A DNA stretch of 64,000 nucleotides from assembly GCA_951406725.2 (NCBI GenBank), contig OX597828.1, positions 15,066,001 to 15,130,000 of the forward strand. The letters run 5' to 3'. The notes beneath the pieces are model-generated. The model was not told the DNA's origin. It did no database searches and worked only from the letters and a program-made list of their open reading frames with translations. Position 1 is the stretch's first letter. The number at the start of each line of letters is the position of its first letter. A program made the position numbers and the translations under genes. The DNA is from Octopus vulgaris (Eukaryota). Below, one piece after another: positions 42,247 through 53,655 of this stretch.

Positions 42247-42398
42247 ATATAATTGCCAACCAAGTGTGGCATCCTATACAGGGTAGTGCTACTGACATTT
42301 ATAGCCCCAGGAAGACATCTCCTCTGATGTCTTCCTGCAGCTATAAACGTCAGTAGCACTGTCTTGTATAGGACGCAACACTTGGTTGGCAATTATAT
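42247..42398. repeat. Long hairpin (about 73-bp arms, 6-nt loop)
   Basis: atataattgccaaccaagtgt...ggaagacatc [tcctct] gatgtcttcc...acacttggttggcaattatat. Confidence 0.9.
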
Positions 42399-43214
42399 AT
42401 ATATATGGGATTACATTAACTCTACTTTAAAGTACTTAGTATTCTGTATCTATTACAAAAGGTTATACTTTAAAATGTATCAGAATATATATGAATGTAT
42501 GTATGTGTACATAATGTGTGTGTGTGTGTATGTGTCATCATTATCATCATTTTAACATCCAATTTTCCATGTTTGCATAAGTCAGACATAGCTTTATTGA
42601 AGCGAATATTTTTATGTCCAGATGCCCTTCTTGTTACCGCCCTCATGGGCAGACAGGTTTTCATACAACATTGGAAATGTATGATGTTCACAACAGTCAT
42701 GCAAAATGTCAAGATAAGGAGACCTAAACACAAACATACATATGTGTGTGTGTATGTGTGTGCATGTATAATTGTGTACGTATGTGTGTGTGCGTGCATG
42801 TGTGTGTGTGTGTGTACACACACACACACACACACACACACAAGCTTCTTTCAGCTTCTGTCTATTAATCCATTCACAAGGCTTTGGTCAGCCAGGGGTT
42901 ATAAAAGAAGTTTCATGCAGTAGAAATGAACACAAAACCTTGTACTTAGGAAGCAAGCTTATTAACCACACAGCCAAGCCTGAATGTGTGTATGTATGTA
43001 TGTATATATATTAATAGTATGACAACAAAAGAATGAATGAGATCTCGATATTATGTAAATAGAGGAATTTATCTGTAATATAATAAAACTCCCAACATCT
43101 GAAACTCTGAGTTTTATTATGGCAACTGAATAATTATCACATATTATATTACAGACTAGCTATTACAGACTAGCTGAAGGTGACCCACTCTACGCGCGGG
43201 TAAGAGTGTGGTTG

Positions 43215-43553
43215 TTACTTTCTGTTGCTTCCGTTCAGCACATAAAAAGCACCATCAGAACGTGGCGGATTGCAGCGCCGCCTTGACTGGCTTCTGTGCT
43301 GGTGGCACGTAAAAAGCACCAACCGATCGTGACCGCTGCCAGCCCCCCTGGCACCTGTGCCGGCGGCACGAAAAAAGCACCCACTACGCTCACAGAGTGG
43401 TTGGCGTTAGGAAGGGCATCCACCTGTCGAAACACTGCCAGATCAGACTGCAGCCTGGTGCAGCCTCCTGGCTTCCCAGACCCCTGTCAAACTGTCCAAC
43501 CCATGCTAGCTTGGAAAACAGACGTTAAACGATGATGATGATGATGATGATGA
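43215..43553 (+). mobile_element. RTE-derived 3' UTR fragment with (GAT)n tail, inserted in the Helitron
   Basis: Reverse complement of positions 1-330. Confidence 0.8.
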
Positions 43554-44246
43554 TTCTCCCTCTTTGTTTCTCTCTCGTTTCTCTCACACTTTCCCACTCT
43601 CTTACTCTTCCTCTCTCTTGGACTCTCCCTCGCTTTCTCTTACTCTCTATCTTTATCTATCTCTCTCCCATTTATAAACAACAAAAGATCTTGAGTAAGT
43701 TGAGAAATAAAATATTTAGAAAGATCAATCATAAATATCATGCAATGGCAACGGAAAGGTCTGCTTCAAGGCAGACAGCAAAACACTAACATTTAAAAGG
43801 GACAGACGAACTTGCGAGCTGAATAAAAATAATAAAATATTGGAAACCAAAGTTTGAATGGATAGAATTTGAGGATAGTAGAGTCACCATGGCTGGCATT
43901 TCTTAACGACGGACAGCAACGTATTGACAGTTCAACGGCTGGCGTAAAATTTTGAACTTGATGTAAAAGAAAATCCCTAAAAACCAAGTTTTGAATTGAT
44001 TCTTTCTCACGACAGTAGACTCACGATGGCAAGCATTCAAAACTTCTTCATCATGGACGGCAACACATTGACGATTAAAAGGCTGGCGCAAATTTTTTAG
44101 CTTGATGTAACAGAGAATTGCTAAACACCCGCTCCTTTAAATTTTAATCCCCTTCCAGTCCCATTTAGACCCCTTTTCACATTTTGGTTAATATAACCCG
44201 ATTTCATTTAGGTCTACTGGGGCCACATTTTATAAGATGAGGACTC

Positions 44247-44524
44247 AACCAAGTTTCCCAAGTTCTGGTCATAGACCATAGAACACTCAAGCAAGTTTCC
44301 CAAGTTCTGGTCATAGACCATAGAACAGTCAAGCAAGTTTCCCGAGTTCTGGTCATAGACCATAGAACAGTCAAGCAAGTTTCCCGAGTTCTGGTCATAG
44401 ACCATAGAACACTCAACCAAGTTTCCCGAGTTCTGGTCATAGACCATAGAACACTCAACCAAGTTTCCCGAGTTCTGGTCATAGACCATAGAATACTCAA
44501 CCAAGTTTCCCGAGTTCTGGTCAT
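44247..44524. repeat. 42-bp minisatellite, about 6.6 copies
   Basis: Unit aaccaagtttcccgagttctggtcatagaccatagaacactc; copies start at 44247, 44289, 44331, 44373, 44415, 44457 and 44499. Confidence 0.95.
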
Positions 44525-45247
44525 TTGCAGAATAAATAGAGACGGCGGAGGTGGCAGACATCGTTGCAATGTAAACATGATTTGTTTTAAGAGAAAGATT
44601 GTCCAGATTGTGTGTTGGTGGTGGTGATGATAATTATCTTTAAGAATGGAGATAAAGAGAAATTGAATGGGAGTTAGAAGTAGAAAGAGAAGGTGTAAAT
44701 TTTGGAGTGAATCCGACGGGATGTAGTGGGCTTTAACCCCGGCAAAAAAAATAATATCTGTTGCGTTTCTGAAAGAGGTGAAGTAGGAATATTGAAACTT
44801 TTGCGGCTGTCATTGATAGACTCGTTGTAGAATAAATAGAGACGGCGAAAAAAAGAGAGAGCTCGAGAAAGAAAAGGTGATATATGAAAGAGAGGACGGG
44901 AAAATGAAATATTTTGCAATGTAAACATGATTTGTTTTAAGAGAAAGATTGTCATGATTGTGTGTTGGTGGTGTTGGTGGTAGCAATGATAATTATCATT
45001 AGGAAAAAGAGTGAGGAAGACATACATAAGTTGTGGCGATGATAATTGTAGACCCCTTTTCACATTTTGATGAAGAGAACCCGATTTCATTCGGGTGTAC
45101 TGGGGCCACATATAGGTGTGTGTGTGTGTGTGTGTGTGTGTGCACGCTGTAGAAATTAAATTAGAGATAAAACCACAAATAGGGAAATGAAACAGTAAAA
45201 AACCAAAAACAAAAACATAAAAATAAAAATATAATATTAGATATATG

Positions 45248-45280
<33 letters not shown>

Positions 45281-45725
45281 TGACAGGTAGACAATAGAAT
45301 GCGATGGCGATGTAATATTTGTTTCTGTCTATGACCGCTGATAGATACATGAGTAAAATGTATGGGAAGCTAAGAGATAAGAGTGAGTGAAAATAGCGAG
45401 AGAGTGATTTGAGGAAGACTTTACATTAAATAACTGGAGTGGACTTGTGAAATGAAGAGGAGTGAGAGAGTACTGGAGGAAATACGGTGAGTGAGGAAGA
45501 TGGCCCCTAGCAACCACACCTTTTAAGATAGGGATTTCTAAGGTAGCCCACGAGCATCGTCACCTCATTCTACATGTCCCTGTAAATTTTGGAGTGAATC
45601 GGACGGGATGTAGTGGCATTGAAAGCGATCCAAGCAGTAAAAACGCATTTCAGTTTTATATTTAGATATATATATATATATATATATATATAATCCAAAG
45701 TGTACAAATTTATATATCTGTCACG

Positions 45726-45815
45726 GCTGATCTTACCAACTGGTTTCGTGCTAGGGGTACAACAGAGTGTTAGGTAACAATCTGATTATATAACCTTACG
45801 CTCATCAGAGGCAGC
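45726..45815 (-). ncRNA. Type I hammerhead ribozyme-like motif with extended stem II, partly degenerate
   Basis: Minus strand: gctgcct-CTGATGA-gcgtaagg...cctagcac-GAAAC-cagttg-GTA-agatcagc. It lies inside an inverted repeat (45691-45939). Confidence 0.55.
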
Positions 45816-46021
45816 TGATGTGGAATAAAATATGGTGATTGCTCCATATCAGTTACCTAACACTCTGTTGTACCCCTAGCACAAGACTGATAGGTAAGAT
45901 TGGTGGTGATGGATATATAATACTGTACACTTCAGATAATATACCCACCATATTGACAGATACACGAGTGCATCTTTTACCTGACTTATGGACTTTTAGA
46001 CAACTTACATGTGTGTGTGTA

Positions 46022-46100
<79 letters not shown>

Positions 46101-46104
<4 letters not shown>

Positions 46105-46320
46105 GGTATAGCTTTACAATTATTCAACTATCTCTTTCGCATTCATATATTAACAGTTTAGAACTTAATTATAAAAAAATATGAAACTATGCTAATTTAG
46201 TTAATTTTGTCAAGCTCCCTTTTCAGTTTGTAAGCTAGAAATTTAAATGTAATAAAATGTTTTAAAAGAAATTTAAAGTGCCTACATGATAACTGTAAAC
46301 CTGCTTTTGGGCCACCCTGT
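46101..46320. mobile_element. Tc1/mariner MITE (inverted copy of 22438 element, left TIR damaged)
   Basis: Ends aactgtaaacctgcttttgggccaccctgta. The interior is the reverse complement of 22470-22660. Confidence 0.8.
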
Positions 46321-46345
46321 ATATGTGTGTATGTATGTATGTATG

Positions 46346-46423
<78 letters not shown>

Positions 46424-47269
46424 CATACTTTTAATTAAAGCTGCAAAATTATCACAGAACTGTTGCTCAAAGTTTCATATTCCAATTTGTCAGACAATGT
46501 GTGTGTGTGTGTAAATAGATACACACACATAACCTAGCTAAATGAAAAAAATAAAATAATTATGGGAAAAACATTAAATTATCAATAATTCAATCATAGA
46601 AACTATATTTCTTAATTAAAAGAATGCGTGTTTAGTTTCTTATACTGTTATAAACATAAATGTCAAACGAGTTTAATTAGACAAATCAGTAATTTAATGG
46701 TAACTGTTAAATGATACCTTTGCTTTGTCACTTTGAAGCAGTGATGTTTTTTAGCACTGATTCAATCTTGGCTGCTCACTTCTAACCAAAACCATCACAA
46801 GCTTAGGCATGAGGGTGTGAAGTTTGTTTTCTATGTGATTTTTGGTTCAATCCCACTGTACGGCACTTTGGGCAAATGTTTATTATAGCCCCAAGCTGAC
46901 CAAAACCTTGTAAATGGATTTGGTAGATGGAAACTGCAAGAAGCCTCACACACACACACACACGTGTATGTATTTACATGTATCCTAGCTTTGACATCAG
47001 GTGATGGTTATAAGCAAACATTACAGCCATACAAGCAGTGATGTATGTTTCCAATCTTCTGTGCTGGCTGTAAAAAAATCTGTCCAACTCATGCAAGCAT
47101 GGAAAAGTGAACACTAAATGATCAAAATGATTTGATAGGATATATAATTTATGTGATATGGCTTCTATTTTTAGCAGGTGACTCACTCAACAAGTTTTAT
47201 GGTAAGATAATTTATGGAGGAATTACAACCGTGTTTTGTGGTCTGCTACCACAACAGTTCCTTTATAGG

Positions 47270-47880
47270 ATCCAGTTAGCTCAAGACATCATCAGGAGAA
47301 ACCACGTCCGGTTTCGGCCCCTACTCCTCTACCGTTTTGACGTGCCCCCCCCCTTTCAGAGGTGTCTACAGCTCTGGTGTTGGGTGCATGTCTTCTTTCT
47401 TCTGTTCCTTGGCCTCTTTGATGTATCATGTATCGTCAGAGAGTGTCAGCCGGTGACTGACTGACTTGTCAAATTTTTCCCTTTAAATACCTGCTGCTAG
47501 GCTCCAGCAGGCAGCCCCAGCAAGTTGTCTCACCTTAACTGACTAGTGAAGGCGCATAGTCTTAGCCCGCGCATTCTCTAACCGACCATCACCTGTCAGT
47601 CAGTGAAGCTGATTCAGTGTCAGCTTGTCTCACCTAGTGATGTTATTTCCCGCCGGCATGTTATGACTTTTAAGCCATTTTTGGTCTTCCCGCTTCAGCC
47701 ATATATAGAAGCTGGCTTTTTCGACCGCCTCCTGTACTCTCCTTATTAGTTTTCGCAGCTTGGAACTAGAAGAAAACAGATCTTCTTTTGAAAAGCGTTG
47801 TCATTTTCCTTTCAATGAAGCCTCTAGCACCCACTGCCAGGTGATAATATTCGACATTCCATCCCTGTTCTCCCAAGTTT
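47270..47880 (-). mobile_element. Hero-like (RLE) non-LTR retrotransposon 3' end
   Basis: Minus strand: GEQGWNVEYYHLAVGARGFI...VQEAVEKASFYIWLKREDQKW, matching the GW...VG.RGF...AE.AS..IW..R C-terminal pattern. Confidence 0.7.
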
Positions 47881-48799
47881 TATGGTTCTCAACAAAGATA
47901 AGATAATTTATGGTATATAACCAAATGTTCTGTGGTCTAATCTTGACAAGACTGACTTTCATCCTTCAAAGGTCAACAAACTAAGCCCTCACCTGTAAAT
48001 TATAGGGTGTGATTGATTCAACTGACAGCACCCTCTTGGAAAAAATGCATCACATTTTGTCTATGCCCTTTTTTATTATTATTATTAAATCCTAGGACTC
48101 ATACTGGTTTCTATGATGGATAAGTGGCCGACATTACAACACTTCTCTGAACATATAAATGTATATACCAACAGTCTTATGTATTAAAGCAAGACTATAT
48201 GATTACGAATGGTAATCTTTCATGAGAATGAAGATATATAATGGTCTTTGACATTGACAAAAGGGCAGCAAGCTGGTAGAATTGTTAGCATGTCAGACCA
48301 ACTGCTTTGTGGCATTTCTTTTGGCTATTTTTGTTATGCTAGCGCCTGCCATAAGAGCACCAACAATTTGACCTCTTTGAAAGTCCATCAGATCTGTCAT
48401 TTTAATGAATTTTAATTACCTTTTTCTGATGATATCCGAAAAGAAACAGCAATTTTAGCAAAACATATTTAGCAACACTAATCCAAAAACATAAAAATAA
48501 ACAAGTTTTTGATAGTTTTATAGATATTTCAAAATTATGACGCTATGATGCTAGGTGTTTCCATTATTTTGTCCAACCCCTATATATATACACACACACA
48601 CACACACATATATATATACACATATATACATACACATATATACATATACACATATATATACACACATATATATATACATACACATATATACATATACACA
48701 TATATATACACACATATATATATACATACACATATATATACACACATATATATATACATACACATATATATATATACATATACACATATATACATATAT

Positions 48800-49916
48800 A
48801 TAATAATAATAATAATGTTCGTGCTTCGGTTCGAAGATGACCAACTGACATCATCTGATGGAACTGGCGCCATGAGACCGGAGGTGGCTGGTGAGGCCAA
48901 TCCGGGCAAGGAAGCCCCTCCCACAGGTGGGGCAGAAGTGGGTAGGGGCCGTGCTACTGGTGCAGGCGGCTCTGGCTTTACGCATCTGACGTTTCTGCTC
49001 CGCTGACCGAATCCGTCCCTCCTCGGCTGTCCCTGCTCCCACGGTGATTGCGCTGCGCCAGGATGAGCGGTTGGCAGCAAGTGTCTCCCAGGTCTCTGTT
49101 CCGATGGAAAAGTCTTTGAGAGAGACCTTGAGACTATCCTTGTAGCACTTCTTCTGCCCTCCGACTTTGCGCCTGCCCTGGCCGAGTTCACCGTAGAAGA
49201 GCTGTTTTGGGATGCGAGTGTCAGACATGCGGGAGACGTGGCCCGCCCATCTCAGCTGGGCCTTGCGCATGATTGTGATGGTGCTAGGGAGATCTGCCTG
49301 CTTCAGAACTTCCGTGTCTGGGACTTTGTCCTGCCAGCGGATGTGAAGGAGGTTCCGAAGACACCTGAGATGGAAGTGGTTTATCTGATGCTCGTGCCTT
49401 CGGTAAGCAGTCCACGTCTCGCAGCCGTATAGTAGGGTGGTAAGCACGACTGCCCGGTAGACTTTCAGCTTGGTGTTGAGGCTGATTCCTCTCCGCTCCC
49501 AGACTTTCTTTCGCAGTCTCCCAAATGCGCTGCTTGCCTTGGAGATTCTGTTGATGGTTTCAGCATCTATGTTGGCATTGCAGGAGAGAGTGCTGCCCAG
49601 GTAGGTGAAGTTTTCCACCACTCGTAGGATCCGTCCGTTCACCCTTATCTGAGGCTCATGGTATTGTTTGCCGGGGGCTGGCTGAAACATCACTTCGGTT
49701 TTCTTGGCACTGATGGTGAGACCGAAGTTGTCACAGGCTGATGAGAACCTGTCCATCTCAAGCTGCATCTCCTGCTCATCGATTGCATTAAGGGCGCAGT
49801 CGTCAGCAAAGAGAAAGTCTCTGACGACTGTCTCCCTCACCTTTGTGACAGCCTGCAATCTTCTGGAGTTGAAAAGTTTCCCGTCTGTCCTGTACTTGAT
49901 GTCGATACCGGACTTG
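48800..49916 (-). mobile_element. 5'-truncated RTE (BovB-like) LINE with an intact RT C-terminal ORF
   Basis: About 355 open codons: GIDIKYRTDGKLFN, LFADDCAL, FTYLGS, LLYGCETW, QLRWAGHV, RIPKQLFYGEL, C2H2 finger CPTCGRGF...HLRSH. (ATT)n tail at about 48800-48815. Confidence 0.93.
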
Positions 49917-50004
49917 CATATATATATATATACACACATACACACATATACATATATACACACATATACATATATACACACATATACATATATACACACA
50001 TATA

Positions 50005-52330
50005 CTAGCGTTGCTTGGAATTGTGAGTGGAATAGTGTAGTAGTGAGGTAGGCATCGAGAATGGGTTGGGTTGCTGCAAGTTGTTTGTTAGAGCTGCTAA
50101 GGTGAGCTAAAGCTCATAAATGTATATAATGATTTTTCATGGTAGTTTTTTTAAAGAATCCATTCATTATAAATTTTTTTAAGTAGTGTTGGTTTGCCAC
50201 GTGGATATAGTTTTTAGTTCCATTTATTCTTTTTCTCCATTCATAATTTTAAATGACGTTTACTTTCCATGGCGCGTATTCCTCTTTTACATAAGTTATT
50301 TCTATGGTAACGTAATTTTGGTTTTTTTTTTTTTTAACGGCTAAGAATTTAATTTCACTTCATAATTTGAAACTGACTTGTAAGTATGTATTTTATTTAT
50401 CCTTATGTCATATTGTTATTTTTGATATTCTGGTTAATTACGATGTATTTAATGTTGTTTTCATAGGAGTGTTTATGTATATGAGATTGTGTGTGAGTTT
50501 TTAGTTGTATAATTTATTTATCTGTATGAGTGTGGGTGTGTAAATATTGTTGTATATATCGAGTTTAGTGAGTATGTATATGCGTATATGTGAGGGAGTA
50601 TATGTATCTGTTGTGTGTGTGTGTTTTGCGTGTGTGTGTGTTTGTGTGTGAATGTGTATATGGGTTTGTTATTTAGGTTTTGGGATGTATGTTTTAATTT
50701 GTCTGTGTGGGGAGGGAGTGGATTTTGGTGTATATTGAGGTTTATAAGTTAGTATAGGTATGTGTATAAGTCGTGGGTCTGTGGTTTACGTGTGTGTGAA
50801 TGTTTAGGTTAGGGGGATTGCTATATAGGTTTGTTATAGAGTTTAGCAAAGGGAGATTTTATCGTTATATGTTTTTAAGAGTTTTGGTTTATCATGGTTT
50901 TTTTTAGGGAATTCGTGGTAATTTGTCTATTTTCGATGTTGGTTGTTTTATTGCATTGTTTCATTCATAATTTTTGAGTGGTGTTCGTTTTGCCACGTGA
51001 ATATTATTTTTAATTCCATTTATTCCATTTCTCCATTCATTACTTTAGAGATGTTCGTTTCCAGAGCGGTTATACTTTTTATACATATGTTAAGTTCCTT
51101 GGTAAAGTAATTTTGTTTGGTGTATATGCTGAGGCTTATATGTACTTGTGGGTGTGTGTGAGTGGGGTGGGTGTTTGTATTTGTTATGGATGTGTGGTTT
51201 ACGTGTGTGTTTTTGTGTGTGAATGTATAGGTTAAAGGGATTGCTATATAAGTATGTTATAGTGTTTAGTAAAGGGAGATTTTATCATTTCTGTTTTGTG
51301 AGTTTTAGCTTATCATGGTAGTTTTATAAAAGAATCCATTCATAATTTTTGTGTTTATTTGTCTGTGTGGGGTTGAGTGGGTTTTTGGAGTATATGTTGA
51401 GGTTTATATGTATGTATTGGTATGTGTAGGTGGTGTGGGTATTTGTATATGTCGTGGGTGTGTGGTTTACGTGTGTGTATTTGTGTGTGAATGTTTAGGC
51501 TAGGGGGATTGCTATATAGGTATGTTATAGAGTTTAGTAAAGGGAGATTTTATCATTATATGTTTTTGTGAGTTTTGGTTTATCATGGTAGGTTTGTTAA
51601 GGAATTCGTAGTAATTTGTGTATATTTGCGATGTCTGTTGTTTTATTGCATTGTTTCATTCATAATTTTTAAGTAGTGTTCGTTTTACCAAGTGAATATA
51701 ATTTTTAATTCCATTTATTCCATTTCTCCGTTCATAATTTTGAGTGATGTCCGTTTTCTAGAGCGTGAATGTGGGTTGTATGTGTGTGTGTGTGGGAGTA
51801 TGAATAAGTATTGTGTTGAAGTATTTAGCTATTTTATTTATTTATAGTTGCCTAGACGTTTTTATGTGTATGTATAGGGATATATATATAGGTGTGTGGT
51901 TTAGTGTATGTAGTTAGATATGGTTATATATAATTAGGTATATGTGTATGGGTGTATATATAGTTTATTATATTATTATTTTTTTTTTTTTTGTTTTGTT
52001 TTGTTTTATATTTTATATTTTATATTTTATATTTAATTGTTGATAGGTTTATTTTAGTTTATATATTGTTTATATATTGATTATATATGGATTATATATA
52101 GGTTATATATGGATTATATATTTATATTTTTTCATTCATACTTTAATTATTTTAAAATTATTATTTGTATATTTTAAAATATTGATATTTTAGATTGAAG
52201 TCCACCTGAAGATTGTCGATCAAGACAAGAAACGATTGTAGTGGCGGTTTTTTTGACTATTTATTAAAATTTAATGTATTGATTAAGTCTTTCCTTGTTT
52301 GTTTTGCAAAAATAGTGGTTTTGTCTCTAA
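50005..52330. mobile_element. G/T-skewed degenerate tandem-repeat region, probably the non-coding end of a Penelope-like element
   Basis: Blocks recur at about 50783/51196/51464 and about 50163/50963/51657. The region ends in a hammerhead motif. No RT motifs seen. Confidence 0.45.
52202..52244 (+). ncRNA. Minimal type I hammerhead ribozyme
   Basis: CCAC-CTGAAGA-TTGTC(gatcaa)GACAA-GAAA-C(gatt)G-TA-GTGG. All core nucleotides and all three stems are present. Predicted cleavage after A52240. Confidence 0.75.
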
Positions 52331-52332
52331 TA

Positions 52333-52376
<44 letters not shown>

Positions 52377-52429
52377 TATACATATATACACACATATACA
52401 TATATATATATATATACACACACATATAC

Positions 52430-52528
<99 letters not shown>

Positions 52529-52534
52529 TATGTA

Positions 52535-53655
52535 TACTGGGTGTCCTCAAAAATGTATACACACTTTGAGAGCTCACTTCATTTTCAATTCTTTTTAGAT
52601 TTAACCCATTAGAAATAATGACGGGAGCTAGACTAAGCTTTGAACAAAGGAAATTTACGCTGAAGTGCTACTGGAGTTTGAAAATGCAGAGACAATGCCA
52701 AGATCAGTTTAGAAGGATGTTTCAAACAGATCCATCTAGGCAACTTTTACCATCACTCAAATTAGAGATAAGTTTGAAGCAAATGCAGCTGTTCAGAATG
52801 TCCACAAGAAATGTTCAGAAAGACTATGGACATTGATGAGCCTCACGAAGCAGTGAAGCATACAAGAAACTTACTGCCAGAGATCAAGAAAATCAGTTTG
52901 ACAAATGAGTCAAGAGATATGAATTTCAAAATCAACTGTCCATCACATTTTGAAGTGTTATCATTGGAAAAGTCACAATCAAGGAATAGTCCATGCTTTA
53001 AATTAAGATGATTCAGACCAAAGAAGAGAGTTTTGTGAGAAGTACTTGGTAAGATGTGTAGAAAATGAATTCTTTACAACAAAGATTGTTTGGAGTGATG
53101 AGGCTACATCTACATTAAGTGACTCGACTTCCACAATTGTACATGCTGAGGACCTGAGAATCTACGTATTACAAATGAACATCATGTTAATTTATCAAGT
53201 TTACAGTATGGTGTGGCTTATCATACAAAGAATTAATTAGATCAAGCATTTGAAAGTTTTATTTGGGTACCCCAGCACTACTCGAATAATATAAGAGTAC
53301 CTTAACGAGATTTTGTCAAACAAGTAGATTGGACAAAAAGTTTCACAAGACCTCATACCACTAGACTTTTTCTTTTATAGAAATACTTAAAAGATAAAGT
53401 TTATGGTACAAAACCAGAAACAGTAGACAAACTGAGGGCAGCCATTGAATGAGAATGCACACAAATACAGTATGAAATATTGCTTGATGTTTGCAATTTG
53501 ATTGCTTCATGTAATTAGCAATGCCCAGACCAGAACTATCATCATTTTGAAAAGAGGCATTATTAAAAATTTAAATTCTGCCTGTAAATTCTATTAAATT
53601 AATAAACACTGACTTTACAATAATTCAATCTGTGTACACATTTTTTGAAACTCTC
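52535..53655 (+). mobile_element. Decayed Tc1/mariner-superfamily transposon
   Basis: TIR-like tcaaaaatgtatacaca / tgtgtacacatttttga. Translation gives MTGARLSFEQRKFTLKCYW, KIVWSDEAT, DLIPLDFF and YLKDKVYGTKPETVDKLRAAIE. Confidence 0.8.

Larger units (their letters stand above)
43170..45666 (-). mobile_element. Non-autonomous Helitron
   Basis: Minus strand begins a|TCTAAATATAAAACTG (45666) and ends with hairpin acccgcgcgtagagtgggt, a short spacer and CTAG|t (43170). These are canonical TC...CTAG termini in an A|T site. Internal duplications are present. Confidence 0.7.

Noticed and set aside
44247-44524. CRISPR-like array or repeat-protein ORFs (44204-44578, 44214-44561)
   Set aside because: Units are contiguous with no unique spacers, there are no cas genes and the context is eukaryotic. 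The ORFs are open only because the unit is 42 bp.
47280-47320. GAAAC...CTGATGA (type II hammerhead order) in the Hero 3' UTR
   Set aside because: There is no room for stem I and stem II is unconvincing. It is only a gaaacc/ggtttc hairpin.
48580-49191. 203-aa alternative-frame ORF overlapping the RTE
   Set aside because: A by-product of GC-rich RTE sequence running into microsatellite.
4859-52598. Many ORFs rich in YI/HT/CV dipeptides, including the N-terminus of the 382-aa ORF at 48851-49999
   Set aside because: They are translations of (TA)n/(CA)n microsatellites. The RTE coding part starts at about 49916.
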